DNA of 64,000 nt from Dipteris shenzhenensis (Eukaryota). The notes under the pieces were generated by a model that ran no database searches, was not told the DNA's origin, and saw nothing but the letters and a program-made list of their open reading frames with translations. Where the stretch lies: NCBI GenBank assembly GCA_047967505.1, contig CM106538.1; one strand, written 5' to 3'. This document shows positions 36,700 to 51,284 of the stretch, piece by piece (position 1 is the stretch's first letter; every line of letters begins with the position of its first letter). Made by a program: the position numbers and the translations under genes.

Positions 36700-38900
36700 T
36701 AGTTTTCAGGGGTGGCTTCAAGTTGGTGATGAATAGGTGGGATTTGTACACGCTGTATTTACAAGTATAGATGAGTTGTGAGGCAATCTAGTCATCCTCT
36801 ACTAGTTTTCCCCCAAAATTTCAAATTTCAATGTCTTTTGTGTTGAGGGTTCATCATCCTAGTGCTATCTTTCAATCTAGTTATCATTTATAGATCTAGA
36901 GAGGTTCTCCCCTCTATTGTTTCTAGATGGACAACCAATAGGGCCTTTTGCTCCAAAAGTATTAAATTTCCTATGTGGGACCTAGCACTATATAGTCGCA
37001 CCTGGTTATCTTCTTCAATCTCTTTGCTTTGAGATTACAATTGAACCATGATTTCCTCCACAAGTTTCTTCCCATCATGCATGGTAACCTTTTGTGTCAC
37101 CTTTCATTGATGTGAGTAGTGTGTCATGCAAAATGTTAGCCCATTCATGGATATCAATTCTTGGAATTCGGCACAAGAAACTTGGGGGCTTCCATTCCCA
37201 TCACTACAAGAGACTTGAAGGCAATGAGATTGTACCAAAGATGTGCCGTTTGCCTAGCAATCACTGCCTGCATGTGACCTATCTCCTGGAGAAACCAAAA
37301 GCATATTCCCACACGGAGCATGTTACTAGCCAAAGCCAGCAAATAGGATACACAATGAGTACAAACCCACTCGCATTCGGTGCTCTTCCCACACTCCATA
37401 GGCATCAATATCACAACACAATAGCTGTCACGGGGACGTGAATTTTGTAAGCAAATAAACTATGACTAAGTTTGTAACCAATCTGGCCATAGGGGACTGG
37501 CCTAGAGGAGTAGTGAGCTCCTGAAAGCCCCTAGTGTTAACATCTAACTGGACACACTTGCTAGACCTAACTGTTAGAATCAAGGCATGGCATCATTTTG
37601 ACCCCGCGGAGGGGTGTGATGGAGCTAGGAAGTTTGCCCCAAGATAGATTCCCAAGTTTCACGTTGGAAGAGGGGTTAAAAAGGACTAAAAGGTTGCCCC
37701 TAGACAGTACCAATGTTTGTCATTGGTTAGTGGGGTTAGGACCTTTAAAAGTTGCCCCTCGGAAACCAACACTTCCTTGGTACGGTGCCAATGTTTCCCC
37801 CCCAAATTGTATGGTAAGTCCATAGGGATGCATCTAGTTTTTACAACCAATTTGTTCCATTTCCCTATATGATTTCTGTGGGGTACCCCATGTTATCTTG
37901 GATGTTGCTAATTTAACTTGCGTGTTACTCTCTGTGTGTTGTGCCTTGTTGTTGCCATGTACAATCATAAAAGTCAATGGACAGCATCTTATGCTCTTTG
38001 AGGAAGCAAGTTCCACACCCAGAGACCATTTCAAGAGGCATCATAAACATAAGAACGTGGTATGAGTTCCACACCCAGAGACCATTTCAAGAGGCATCAT
38101 AAACATAAGAACTTGGTATGAGTTCCACACCCAAAGACCATTTCAAGAGGCATCGTAGAAGCTGGTATGCTTTGGTGTCTACTACTTGCATAACTTTGGC
38201 TTCTTGAAATATTATCAAAGATTATGTGGCGACAAATAGGTGCTATGCTTGTGCAACCTTTTACTACATGTTGAGTTGGACCAACACGATCCAAACCCCT
38301 CTTTTCAATGGCTTGCTAAGTCAGAGCTTAGTGTAGAGGTTATTATCTCACCTCTTAACACAGTTTGTGTATAAAAGAGAATTGTTGTGTAACAAATTGG
38401 CCACCATAGGCCAACCAACCATATCTTGTGTGCAACAGCTTTTGACGATAAGTAATATACTTCCATTCTCTCATAATATTTTTAGGGCAAGATATTGATA
38501 TAAATTTCCAAGCTTCCTAAGGGCCGAGCTTCTTGGGCAATTTCATTATCATTAAAAGACCACAATGTCATAACTCCAATTGGGCATATCATCGATTTCA
38601 CACAATGGTAGGTTATCATTTATCCCACCCTAGGCTCTCCATTAGCTACATGCATCAATGGTAGGTTATCATTTATCCCAGGCTCTCCATTAGCTACATG
38701 CAATAGCTGGTCATCTAGATCATATTCCCCTTTTTGTACCACCACTTTAAGGATTGAATTAGTAACCAATGGGTGTATTACATGGTCTTCCTGTCGGGTG
38801 CACCATTTCTTGGTCATGTTTGGGTCATCAAATAGATAATATATGTACTTCTCAATTATTTCATCTTATACAAGTATTTGAAATAGTCAACAACCTTATG
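36700..38900 (-). mobile_element. Highly degenerate Gypsy pol relic
   Basis: Faint RNase H and integrase motifs, e.g. GMEA..PKFLVP resembling YGLEAVMP.EF..P. Confidence 0.45.
38009..38154. repeat. 56-bp tandem repeat, about 2.6 copies
   Basis: agttccacaccca(g/a)agaccatttcaagaggcatc at 38009, 38065 and 38121. Confidence 0.92.
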
Positions 38901-41900
38901 TGTATGCTACATGCCTAGTCTTTCTAAATTGTCACACCTTGGTGGGGGAAATTTTTGGTATGGTTCTAGACTCATGTGGATAAACAATTGGTAGGGCATT
39001 GACTATTGTTTTTCATGGGGTATTTTCAAAGAGGATTGGCTATTTCTTAGCAAAGTTTCCACACTGCCCATGTCCCCATGCTAAGTTCCACTTTAGTTTC
39101 TCACAACTAAACCATGGTGTTATATCTCCATGCCATGGATATTGTATACCAGGGTGATTCTAGACTTAGGTACATTTCTATTTTGAGCCTTTCTTGTATA
39201 TAATTTTTCCACTATCATTGATCCCACTTCATAGACAACTTTTTTACTAGAATCATAAAATCTTTATTAAAATTATCAAATAGAGGTCTTAGATAGAGCT
39301 CCTCCCATTGTCTTTTTATCTTTACATTTTGCACATGATTGCTCTAAAGTACCTGCATTGAGTTCTTGTTTATCCTCCTTGCAACAATACATTATAGCTC
39401 ATGTTTGTATACGATTTGGAAGCTTCTCTTTCAAAGCTCGTTTAAATGATTTAAGTAATGTCATGGTAAGGTAGTGATTTTGGAAATTTGTTCATCTCCC
39501 CCCATCGTGGTGAGATAGGGTTTTGTCTTCATTATGTGGATTTGGTATCTCTTCTAGTTTACTTTACGTGACGTCATTGTGAGATATAGTTTTGTCCTAG
39601 TTATGATATTTTTCTGTCTCCCCCATTGTGGTTGGCTTGATCTTCTACATCGCTACATCGTAATTTATTGCCCTTTCATGATTTGTTAAGGTGATCTTGT
39701 TTGTGAGAAAATGATGCACTACATGGGTAATTTTAAACATGGCTGCAAACTAGCCTTGAAAGGTAATTTTCCAATGTAACTTTGCAAAGTTATGACTAAT
39801 CCTAGACTTAATCCATTATCGGCTCCATTTCTAAGGATTTCTCTAAGCATATTTTGTCAATTTGGCTATGGTAAATTACAAAATCTTTTACTAAGCTGAG
39901 CAGGGTTCACATGTGGCCTCTACGAGTTCTTTTTTTAATCATGGTATAGGTGTGGATCAGATTTGGAAGGTCATGTTGGGTGCTCAAGGCATGTCTCAAG
40001 ATTTGGAAGTATCAAGAAGTATCATGTCTCCAGTCAGTGGAGAAAGAATAATTTACTGCAACAATATCAAGACAATCAATGGAAAAAAAATGGGGACTAC
40101 AACAGTATGTAAAATTAATTCATTCACCATTATTGTTAACTATTTAGGTTTTCACATGCATGCTAAATGTCCAATTATTAGTATAGATGTCAAGATTAGT
40201 ACTTGAAATCTAAATCAAGTTTAGAACTTACAATAAATTGTAAGCATTGGGATAACCTATGAAAGCCTCAAGGCTCACTTTTTAGAACCCATATAGCAAG
40301 CGTGAGCAATCATGAATATTAACATTTTACATTTTATATTTTGAAGCATAATTTTTTACCCTCTTCTATATATTTACATGTTTGGAAGTTGAATTTAAAG
40401 CTCCCCCTTTATATAGTTAATTAGATTAAATCCCCTCATATACATATAAATGGACTATAATTCCCCCAATATAAAAATCCACCCTCTGTTAACTAAGGTG
40501 CTATGTTACTTATTTATAAGGTGACCATACTAGGGTGAGGGGTACATGTGATTACCTATGAACGTAAAATGGCACTTGATCATAATCAATTATAAAATGT
40601 TGTGATATTTGATTATGTATATTTTAGAAATTAGGTAGGCTTTATATAAGCTCAACATGTTTATTGCCATGGGACTCAATAATAGGCTATTTTGAGTTCT
40701 CATCTAGCAATGGCTATGGCAATTAGGTGTTATGTGTGATTTTGTACATCTTTTCTCATCTTTTTGGGGAGCAAATCTTGATAATAATTCAACCAAAAAA
40801 AAATATTGTTATTGGGGTCCTATAGTGCTATATCTTGATTTTATATAAAGTGAAATTGATCTTAAATTGGGAAAATGATATCTCATATTCTCACTTGACA
40901 ATTGAAAAATGTGTGGCTTGGTGATGACTCAATGTACTAGTTATGAAATGAAACTAGCTAAGATGTTTGCCTTCTCAAATTCCTCTAGCCCAATAGTGCA
41001 ATTGGTGGCACTTGCAAAGTTGTCACGTTGACCTATCTTTGGAAGTGGATATGGTGCTTGTATAAGATTTACAAGGGATTCATGTGTAGATCTTGCAAAG
41101 ACACTAATAGCGTATATCATTGGATTCCACTAAGGGCAATCCATCTACACACACTTATCAATAGGCACGTGTTTTCCTTGCTAGGCCTTTATAAGATTAT
41201 TGCTTAAGGTTTCCAATATGTTTATTTCCAAATTGGACAATATTGCAACTCCTCATTAGGGGTTACACAAGGTCATCTAGACACAAACTAAGAATCTTTG
41301 AGGTTGGTATGGGGTTGCAATGAATTAAAAAATATATTGTGCAAGACTTGCAATGTCTGAGTCATCACAACTAGTTACCAATATAGTCTTGCAATGTGTG
41401 AGTTATCACTACTACATGATTTGCTAGTGGGATATATTTGCAACAATGTCAATTTACGTATCAAATTAATGTTGAACATTACCAATATGTTCCTTTTACA
41501 CTTGCCAAAACACTGGAATTTTTCATATTCTTAAGGACCTTTAGAAAATCCTCTAGACACAACTATGATTATCTAAGATAGGTGTGAAGCTATAGCCTGA
41601 ATCACAAATATATTCTGCGAGGATTTTGCAATGTGCAAGTCATTGTAATTAATATTTGAGGAGTTCCACTTGGTAGTCAACTTGTTTTTTTAGTGCTTCA
41701 AAATAGTACCATTGAATTTTATGAGCTGGATTGATATCAAATATCCAAATTTCTTCCACATGTCTTAAAACTAGAGAAATCCACTCAATTTACATAGACA
41801 TTAGATCAAAAGTGTGATGATTCATAATGGCTAGCGTGATATTTTCTATACAAGATGCTTGATAGCAATTATTGTTGCTTTGTGTTGAGAAACATCTTTC

Positions 41901-42322
41901 TACTTCTTAAGAGCTCAAAGTTCAATGTATGCATGTGTGTATGCTATTATCGTTTGAAAAATGTAGATATGTTAGTCTCTAAGTAAATTGTGTGCATGGA
42001 CTGCTTTTTTATATATGCTAAGAAAATCCATGGTTGTGGTGGCACGCTTATAGTTTTTTAAGTGATTATAACCAATGGAAGCATATTGAAAAATTAGGAT
42101 TTTTCAAGTGTTTATGCATAATCCCATAGGAATAGAACTTAAAAAAGGGAAAATAGGATGAGCTGCTGTTGTCAAATGCAATAGACGTGATATTGAGTAT
42201 GGAAAAGGGACATGGAATACAATATTATAATTGAAGTGTGAGACACCCAATCTTGGCAAGGTGTGATTCTTTCAGCAAGCATGTGTAGCACCCACTCGAG
42301 CATGCATGCTTGCACACACAAA

Positions 42323-42489
<167 letters not shown>

Positions 42490-43109
42490 CAATAAGAGAG
42501 AATACAAAAGGGAAGAGAGAGGAGACAAAGTGCACTCACAATTTTTGCACATGCTTGCCAAAAAACACACACCAAAAGAATCCCTCATCATGGCATGTGG
42601 ATTTGTTTTGTATGAAGTGGAGGCTAAGGGTGTCACACTTTATTGAAGTGAGAAACTTTATGACCATATGGAAGATTCTCCCTTCTCCTTACTCTATCCA
42701 TGTGAATTTGCCAATTAGTGGCGACAATAGGGGCTATATGGTGATGTTTTTCATGATGCATGGCTTGCACACTATCTTTTGCATTTTGTCATATTGCCAT
42801 GTGTGTGCTACCTTTGTTATTTATGGGTCTCCTCACCATTTTTCATATTCTTCTCTTACCTTCCCCCTCCATGTTCATGACCCAATTCTCCCTTTTCTAT
42901 TATTTTCTTGTAATTCTCTTTCCTATTCTTCCTCTTCTCACCAATATTCCCTTCCATGATGTGCATATACCATTATTCTCATGTGTGACAATTGCACTAA
43001 TGTGATGCTATAATTGTGCCAAGCGCTTACATTCTATGGAAGTCATACTGAGATGCATGTCATATGTAGCCGTGCTTATCTGACAACACTTCAGATTTCT
43101 TTTTCTTTT

Positions 43110-43620
43110 TCTATTTGTAGTAATTTTCCTTATTTAAGGGGATTAGCCCCCCTATCCACCCCCTATCCCCGCCCCTCCTTTGTGCTTGTCTTGATCCTGC
43201 CCTAACTCTCTTTTGTAGTCTTCTTTGGTTTTCATCCGTGCTAGAAGTATAAATTTGCAGATCACATGTATCCTTGCTTATCTAACAAACTTTGTTTTTT
43301 TTAAATTTTAAAATTTTAGTATTTTTCCTTATTTAAGGGGATTAACTTCTCTATCCACGCCCCTCCTCTATGCTTGTCTTTATCTTGCCCTAACTCTCTT
43401 TCGTAGTCTTATTTGGTTTTTAATCTCTGCCATAAGTATAAAATTGTAACTTTTTACCCCTTATTTTGTGATTTTCCCTATTTGTACTATTTTTCTTTAT
43501 TTAAGGGGATTAACCTCCCTATCCCGCCCCTCCTTTGTGCTTGTCTTGATCCTGCCCTAACTCTCTTAGACTTGGTTTTTCATCTCTGCCGTAAGTATAA
43601 ATTTGCAACTATTGTGCTAA
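43110..43620. repeat. Three degenerate copies of a ~170-200 bp unit
   Basis: tatttaaggggatta...cgcccctcct...gcttgtctt.atc.tgccctaactctct recurs three times. Confidence 0.75.
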
Positions 43621-44363
43621 TTTGGTTTTTCATCTTTACCATAAGTATAAATTTACAACTTGTTACCCATTATTTTGTGCTTCTCTCCCCTTCCTTTTCT
43701 TTTTTCTTCTTGCCTTTCCCTATGCCACCCTTATGATCATCTACTATATCTCATGAAATGACTTATGACACGAAACAATTTGCTATATCTTTCCTTCTTC
43801 TTCCTACCCCACTTTTTCAAGATCTCTAGTGGTTGTCCCCTTTCTCATGAAATATATGTGCATCAATTCCCACCCACCATATATTCCATCATAGCCTTTA
43901 ACTTTACTTATTGTCCTCCCTCCCCCTTGGACTACATAGTCAACCTTCTTGGCTTTTTGGCTATTATGAGCTCTCACACTCCTCTCATATCCACTTCCAT
44001 GAGATCCCATAAGATCTTTGAGCCCATTGGTCCCTCATACTCCTCTCTAATTTCGGTACTATCATATGCTATGTAGTACACATCTTGGCTCTGCAATCTC
44101 TCACTATACTTCTTGGCTCATCCTTATAAGTTTGTAGTGGCTATATACTACTTCCTCGTCTCCCATTATCTTACCCTCCCAATATACTCCATTTGAAGAT
44201 TAGGCCCTCTATGACAATCATAGCCTACTTTCCCACAGTTGTTACCTCTTTCTACTCCTCTCCTTCTTCATACTATTTTTCAATGAGCTCCATCCTCCTA
44301 CTTTTACCACCACAAGTGGCCCATTATTATGTAAGATTCTAGCTGAAACTCTACTCATCCCCA

Positions 44364-44679
44364 TGAAGGAACAAAGGAGATGGTTGTGAACACAAGTGAG
44401 CAAGAATGTGGTCACACAGAAACTCAAATACTTGGTATTTATAGTACCCAAGTACAACACTAGAAAAATAGACTAAGTCTTAGTCTATCCTATGCCATCA
44501 TACCATTGCATGTGTCTACAAATCCCCCCTCAATGATATGGCTGAAGTACTATGGAATAGTGTTATAAGTACCTGCAGTACCTAAAGTATCATGGTTGCA
44601 CAAATTCATCCATGTGTGGATATAGCAACCTATGGGAGTGTACACAAAAGAAACAATGTCATTTTACAATGCCCCTTGA
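44364..44679 (-). mobile_element. 3' terminal fragment (RNase H stop, 3' UTR, PPT, LTR 44364-44520) of a Copia related to 12608-24160
   Basis: The reverse complement matches 23820-24160, e.g. agccatatcattgaggggggatttgtaga and ggatagacta.gacttagtctattt. Confidence 0.85.
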
Positions 44680-45145
44680 TTGAGATATACATGGAGGGAT
44701 CCCATGCTTTGTATTTTGTATCGAACACCGTGGTGGTTGATGCGTCCTAGATGACCATTTGATGGTATTATGTATTTACGCATGAATAAATAGAATTGTG
44801 TGTGAAACAGAGTCGTGCATTCAACCGAACAGTCTGTCTAAGAGAACTGAGTGTTGTACTCTTTTGCGATGCTCTCTATAGTGTTGATCTCTTGCCATCA
44901 TATATCTAACACCTCATGTGCAGTAAGTGTCAAGAAGAAGTTTGGAAGACCTCAAGCATCAACCATCACTATTAGATCCTTCAATTGTCATTGATGCCAT
45001 GACGATGTTTCGGGCATCATGGATGGCATGTTGTAGCATAACACATGCTTGATCGCATCTTTATCAGTACCATCTCGATTTCTTTTCTTGAACTGATTAA
45101 TATTGCACTGTAAACACATCGTGTTGTTGCTATTTATGATCATGA

Positions 45146-45402
45146 TGACAAAATATGAAGAGGGGAGAGGAGAAGAGTGGAGATGAGGAGAGAGGGCACA
45201 GCTAGAGAGCACACCATAAATGACTAACTGTACACTAGAATTAGTTGAAAAAATAGAATATATACAAACCCTTTTAGGGTTAGGGTTAGGGGATCTAACC
45301 CTTTCCTTTATAGCACTCTATAAGGTTAGTGCTATGCACATATGATCACGTGATGGTGCTATGCACACATGATCACATGATGTTGAGCGTGAACTCTCAA
45401 CA
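45146..45402 (-). repeat. 3' LTR
   Basis: TG...CA, adjacent to the PPT. Confidence 0.97.
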
Positions 45403-45490
45403 CCTTCCCTCAAGATCAACATCATGAAGTAGGCCTTCCCTCAAGATGATGATTCTGGGGAATTGAAGAAGGACTGAGCATTACATTCCA

Positions 45491-48400
45491 TCACACCCCT
45501 TTAATGGGAATGTCCTTCCTCTGCATCAAACCAAGAGCTAGTCGGTGTTTCTCGAATAGCTCTTTACCGAGTGGTTTGGTAAAGATGTCTGCAACATTTT
45601 CTTTGCTATCACAATGCTGCAGTGTGATGTCACCAAGCAACACTCTTTCTCTGATGAAGTGCTCTCTGACATCAATGTGCTTTGTCCTGGAGTGATATAC
45701 TGGATTTTTGGCCAATGCTTGAGCCGATTGATTATCACAGTATATTGTTGTTGGCTTTGACCCATCAAAGTAATCTGTTTCTGATAATAGTCTTCTAAGC
45801 CATATAGCCTCACATGCACCTGTAGTGAGTGCTCTATATTCTGCTTCAGTCGAAGACAAAGAAACAGTTGGCTGTTTGTTTGACAACCATGATATAGCAC
45901 CTTGACCAAGGAAAAATGCATATCCCTGTGTCGATCTCCTGGTCTCATGATCTCCAGCATAGTCACTGTCACAGTATCCATGCAACCGTGGATGACTTCC
46001 TCTGTATTCTATCCCAAATTGTCTTGTACCTCTGATGTATCTCAAGACTCTTTTGGCTGCATTCCAGTGAGACAGTTTTGGATTTGCCATAAACTGTGCT
46101 AGTGAGCTTACTGCATAACAAATATCTGGCCGTGTGATTGTCAGATATATAAGAGATCCAATGAGTTGCCTGTAGTATCTGTCATTGACTGTAGGCTTTT
46201 CTGAATCTTTAGTAAGTTTCAAACTCTGTTCCATGGGAGTGGCTGCAATCTTGCAATCTGCCATATGAAACTTCTTCAGGAGACTGTCAACATACTTGAG
46301 CTGACTCATGAATGTGCTATCTGAATCTCTCCAGAACTCAATTCCAAGACAATAGTGCATAAGTCCAAGATCTTTCATGTCGAACTCTGCAGATAAGTCT
46401 TGTTTTAGTTTTCTGATGAAGCTATCCTTGCTTCCTGTGTCACAATCAGATCATCTACGTACAAAAGTGCAATAGTAATATCTTCCCCTTGAACTTTGTA
46501 GTAGAGAGTATGATCTGCATTGGACTTCATGTATCCCAGATCAGCAAAATACTTGTCAATTCTGCTGTACCAACTTCTGGGTGCTTGCTTTAAGTCGTAG
46601 AGACTTTTCTTGAGATGGCAAACCTTGTTCTCCTTTCCTGGTTCAACATAACCGGCTGGTTGTTGCATGTAGACTTCCTCGTCTAGATAACCATTGAGAA
46701 ATGCATTCTTGACATCAAGCTGATACACATTCCATTTACTGAGTGTCGTTAGTGATATCAAGAACCGTATGGAATCCATCTTTGCTACTGGAGCATAAGT
46801 CTCATCATAATCTTGGCCATATTGTTGTGCAAATCCTTTTGCAACTAATCTGGCTTTGTATCTCTGAATACTGCCATCTGGATTGTACTTCACTTTGTAT
46901 ACCCATTTGTTGGCTATGGCCTTCTTTCCTGGTGGAAGGTCGCATAATTCCCAAGTGTTATTTTTATACAAAGCATCCATTTCTTCATTCATAGCAGTTT
47001 GCCATTCTGGCTTGTCTACTGCGTCTTCGAAGTACACTGGCTCTTCTGTAGCCATGATGGTAGTCATAAGAGCATAGTTGGTGGTTTCCACCTGAATTGC
47101 TTTGCCTTTCTGAGCATATGTCAATCTGACTGGTGGTCTGCTTTCCCTAGTAGACCATCTGAGCTGCTATGGCGCTGCTTGGGGTGTTGCTGGCAATTCT
47201 TGCTCTTCTTCATCAACCTGTTCTGTAGATGACTGTGAAGTCGATGCTTCTATCTCCTGTGTAGGTGAGGTTTTCCATTCTGATTCCTCATCAAAGATTA
47301 CATCTCTGGAGATAATGACTTTGCGGTTGATGGGATCATACAATTTGTATGCTTTGCTTTCTTCACTGTAGCCAACCATGATGCATTTGCGTGACTTCGC
47401 ATCCAATTTCCTGCGATGATCATCATGTATGTGGGCATATGCTATGCAACCAAATATGCGGAGATGCCCAATGCGTGGCTTGTGTCCAGTGAATGCTTCA
47501 TAAGGAGTCATACCTTGTATCGGTTCGGTAGGAAGCCGATTAAACAAGTAGTTAGCTGTAGCTATTGCTTCTGCCCAATACTGATTCGGAAGATGCTTTT
47601 CACTAAGCATTGCTCTAGCACTGTCTGCTAAAGTCCCATTCTTCCTTTCAGCTCTTGCATTTTGCTGAGGAGTATCTGCACATGTGAATTGTCTTCGAAT
47701 GCCGTGATTTTTGCAAAAGTTCATGAATGCTGAAGACATGTATTCACCTCCTCTGTCTGATCTCATGACCTTGATCTTTCTGCCTGTTTGGTTTTCTACC
47801 ATGGCTTTGAATTCTTGAAATCTGGCAAACACTTCAGATTTCTCTTTCAGAAAGTAGACCCAACAATATCTGCTGTAGTCGTCGATGAAGGTCAAGTAAT
47901 AAAGTGAACCATTGATGCTGCGGGTCTGGGCATAACCCCATACATCTATATGAATCAAATCAAGAATACCTCGTGCACGAGAGGTACTTCTAACAAAGTT
48001 GGTTCGCTTTTGTTTGCCGAAGCAGCATGCTTCACAAACCTTTCCAAGAAACTGTAGCTTCGGAATCCCAATTGCCATATTTTGATTCCGGAGATCTAAC
48101 AAGTACTTGAAGTTGACATGACCATATCTCTTGTGCCATTTTGCAGATAGTGGCATCTGTTGCATTTGAGCTGACATGGCATGCTTATCTGGTACTGTAG
48201 CTAGCATCCTTCCTTGACACCTTTTGCTACTAGCTGACCTCTTTTGGATTTGTCTCTGATAGTGCATTCATCACCGTCGAAGGTGACTTTGTAGTTGTGT
48301 TTCGTCATTTGACCTACTGACAAAAGGTTCTTGCTGAGCTTCGGAACATAGAGCACATCTTTGACTAATCCTTTTGTACCAGTGAAATTGTTCATAGGGA

Positions 48401-49743
48401 TAACACCTGTCCCTTGAACCGGATTCGGTGTATTGTCTGCTGTGTAGATGACATTCTTTTGTCCTTGTAATGGCTTCATTTCTGTGAACCATTCCTGATG
48501 ATTTGTCATATGAGATGATGCACCACTGTCGATGTACCAAGGATCCTGTTCCACTTGGTCGACTTGATAGCTGAAATCCTCTTTGGGATTGAAATCAGTG
48601 TCTAGGTGCATTGTATCAGTCTGATGCAATTCCTCACTTGCAAGAAACATATTTCCATGTTCATTTGCAAAATGACTATGACTAGAATGTCCACCACGAT
48701 GATTTCCTCTTCCTCGGGAATTCCCTCGATTACTGCTGGTGGATTGATTGCCTTGGTCATACTGCTTCTTGCGGCAATCTCTTTCATAGTGTCCAAACTT
48801 GTGACAATAGTTGCATTGAACGTTTGACACATTGGTGGATGCATTTCCTCGTCCTTGAAATCTTCCTCGGTTGGAATGATTTCCTCTTGCTGATTCTGAT
48901 GTTGCTGAGGATGATGCTGATGCTGATGCTGATTTTGACTTTGTTGATGATGACCACTTTTCTGATATGATCTACCTCTGTTTCTGCCTTTGCCTCTGCT
49001 TCTGTCTGAAGCTGTGAATGCCTGATCATTAGAATGACCTTTACGTGCTTGAATGGCCTGAGTCCTGAGTTCTTCACCGAGTAGAACTGACTGAAGTTCT
49101 TCCAGTGTTGGAATTTGCCGTTGGATGGCAATACTCTGGACTAGATTCTCATATCCTTCTCCTAGTCCATTCAGGATTACTTGAACCATTTCTGCGGGAT
49201 TCATAGTCTCTCCTGCTGCTGCAAGTTGATTGTTGTAGTCTTTGATGCGGAGTACATAAGCATGACCGGTTTCATTGCTATTGCGGAAACTCTGGTTGAT
49301 CTGGTTTCTTAGGGTGAGAATCTTGGATGTGTTCTTGGACTCGTAGAGAGCTCTGCGAACATATCCCATGCTTCTTTTGATGTCTTGACTGTGTTGAGCT
49401 GTCCTAGCATGACATCTTGCACATTCTACTTGATCAGGTGATAGGCATACTTGTCTTTCTTATCCCATTCTGCTTGAGCTCGGGCAATGGCAGGATCTGC
49501 TACTGGTGCGGAAACTGTTTGTGTAGATGTAGATCCCGATGTAGATCCCGTTGCTGGTGCTGTGACAACAGATGGAGTAGAGCTACTGGTGGCTGGATCG
49601 GCCAATGGTCTAGGTATAGATCCATCGACATACTCCCATTTGTCCTGAAGCACAAGAATGGTCTCCATTCGGTATTTCCATGTACCGTAATTGGAGTTGT
49701 CTAACTTAGCAGATGCCTCCAGATTGAGGTTGCTAGTCGACAT
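45491..49743 (-). pseudogene. Copia gag-pol (Gag, CCHC, protease, integrase, RT, RNase H) with about 2 stops and about 4 frameshifts
   Basis: KLDNSNYGTWK, CNYCHKFGHYERDC, WYIDSGASSHM, WHKRYGH, RSDRGGEY, LDVKNAFLNG, LYVDD, DSDYAGD, STEAEY, ADIFTK. Confidence 0.95.
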
Positions 49744-50689
49744 GGTGCAAACAATGTACTCAAAAGTGTCCTGAAAAATTCTGTATGAATCAACTGCAAA
49801 TACACTGAAGATGCCAAGTGAAATCTCTGTACCGTCGGTGAAGATAGAACTGCAGTATATAAGATCTGATCTGTATTACAAGGCTTATGGCAATGATGCC
49901 GGGAATAGCCAAGAGGCTTTACAAGGCTGAAAAATGATATGCACGATGCTGTGAGATAGCCAAATAGGCTTTACAATGGTGGCATGTGTGTGTGAAATCA
50001 AATGATATCTGCCCACTGAACCAATCTGCAATGCCTCTGTACTCTAAAGTCTGCTCACTGAACTGATGAACGGAAGGTTTCAGGTAATGTAATGATGTGA
50101 AATCAGATGTGAGCGTATGGACTGACTCCGAGTAGGTACTAGTCGGGAATTTCGGGCATGGCTTAGATTGGCAACTTGGGGAATTCAAAGCGTCCCCTCT
50201 ATGGTGATCTAGTCTACTCTGATCTAGATCTAAACCAACCGTCGATCGATGAAAGAGCAGCAAATAATTCCTTTTCTTTTGTTCTTTTTAAGTGCTGGGT
50301 CAGATGCGTCGATGTAGAGGCAAATGTGCGTGAAGGAAGTGGTTTTGTCGGCGAGGCTCAAATGTGAGTGTAACTTGCGCCGAAATGTGCGTGTGATGTA
50401 ACGAGCGCATAGAGCACGAAAAATCGAGCGACTTTCCTTTTTGGAGCACCCTCAAATTCTTCCTGGATCAAGAGATATGACTTGATCTAGGTGGAGGGGC
50501 AAAAGGAGTGCAAATGGTGCTCAATGATGATGTGTCACTGTGAGTCACATGCAGTGATGATGTGGCACTGTGCTTAGCAAGAGGTGTGCCAGTGAAGCTC
50601 TGTGCTGAGGTGGCAGGAGTGTGCACATGCAGTGTGTGCATAGTGTGCCTGGCAAGGGACTGTGCCTGCAGAGGGTCAGTGCTGACTGG

Positions 50690-50942
50690 ACTGCTGAGGT
50701 GGTAGTGCTGAGGTGGCACTGATGATGTCAGCAGGGTGACGTGGCAATGATGACGTGGCACTAATGACGTGGCACTGATGACATGGCACTGATGATGTGG
50801 CACAGGTGACGTGGCACTGATGACGTGGTAGGTGACGTGGCTGATGACGTGTCACTGATGACATGTCATGTGACATGGCAGTCGGTGATGATGTGGCTAC
50901 CGGTGCTGACGTGGCACTTGGAGATAAGATTGCCACGTGGCA
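50690..50942. promoter_or_regulatory. Tandem array of TGACGTGGCA-like motifs (bZIP Hex/ABRE/G-box type) in the Copia leader
   Basis: More than ten exact or degenerate tga(c/t)(g/a)tg(g/t)ca units plus tgccacgtggca. Function is inferred. Confidence 0.5.
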
Positions 50943-51284
50943 CGAATCTAACCAACTGATTTAACCGTGATTCACTTGACTTAACCACAATTATTTAACC
51001 ACGGTTAGGGGCAAACCTTATCTGGTTAACTGACTAGGGTTAGGCTGACCAACCCTATCTGCCACGTGTTGCAAGGTGAGTATGTGCCTTATCCTCCACG
51101 TGTCAGGGCGTGGGTAGCCGGAATCTTTGGAGATTCTGATGGAATCTATGAAGATGCCGTCGTCTTCTCCGTTGATGGAGGCGCTCGTTGGAGGCGGCTT
51201 TGAGAGCGTTGACGTAGCGTCAAAGGAGCCTCTTGGTCGCCGATGGAGGTGTTGGTGGTGGAGAAGGAAGGGCGGAAGCTAACG

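Noticed and set aside
39700-42200. Possible hAT transposase relic (FGS..GA...IG.H near 41040-41160)
   Set aside because: Similarity is too weak and no TIR or TSD was seen; needs an HMM search
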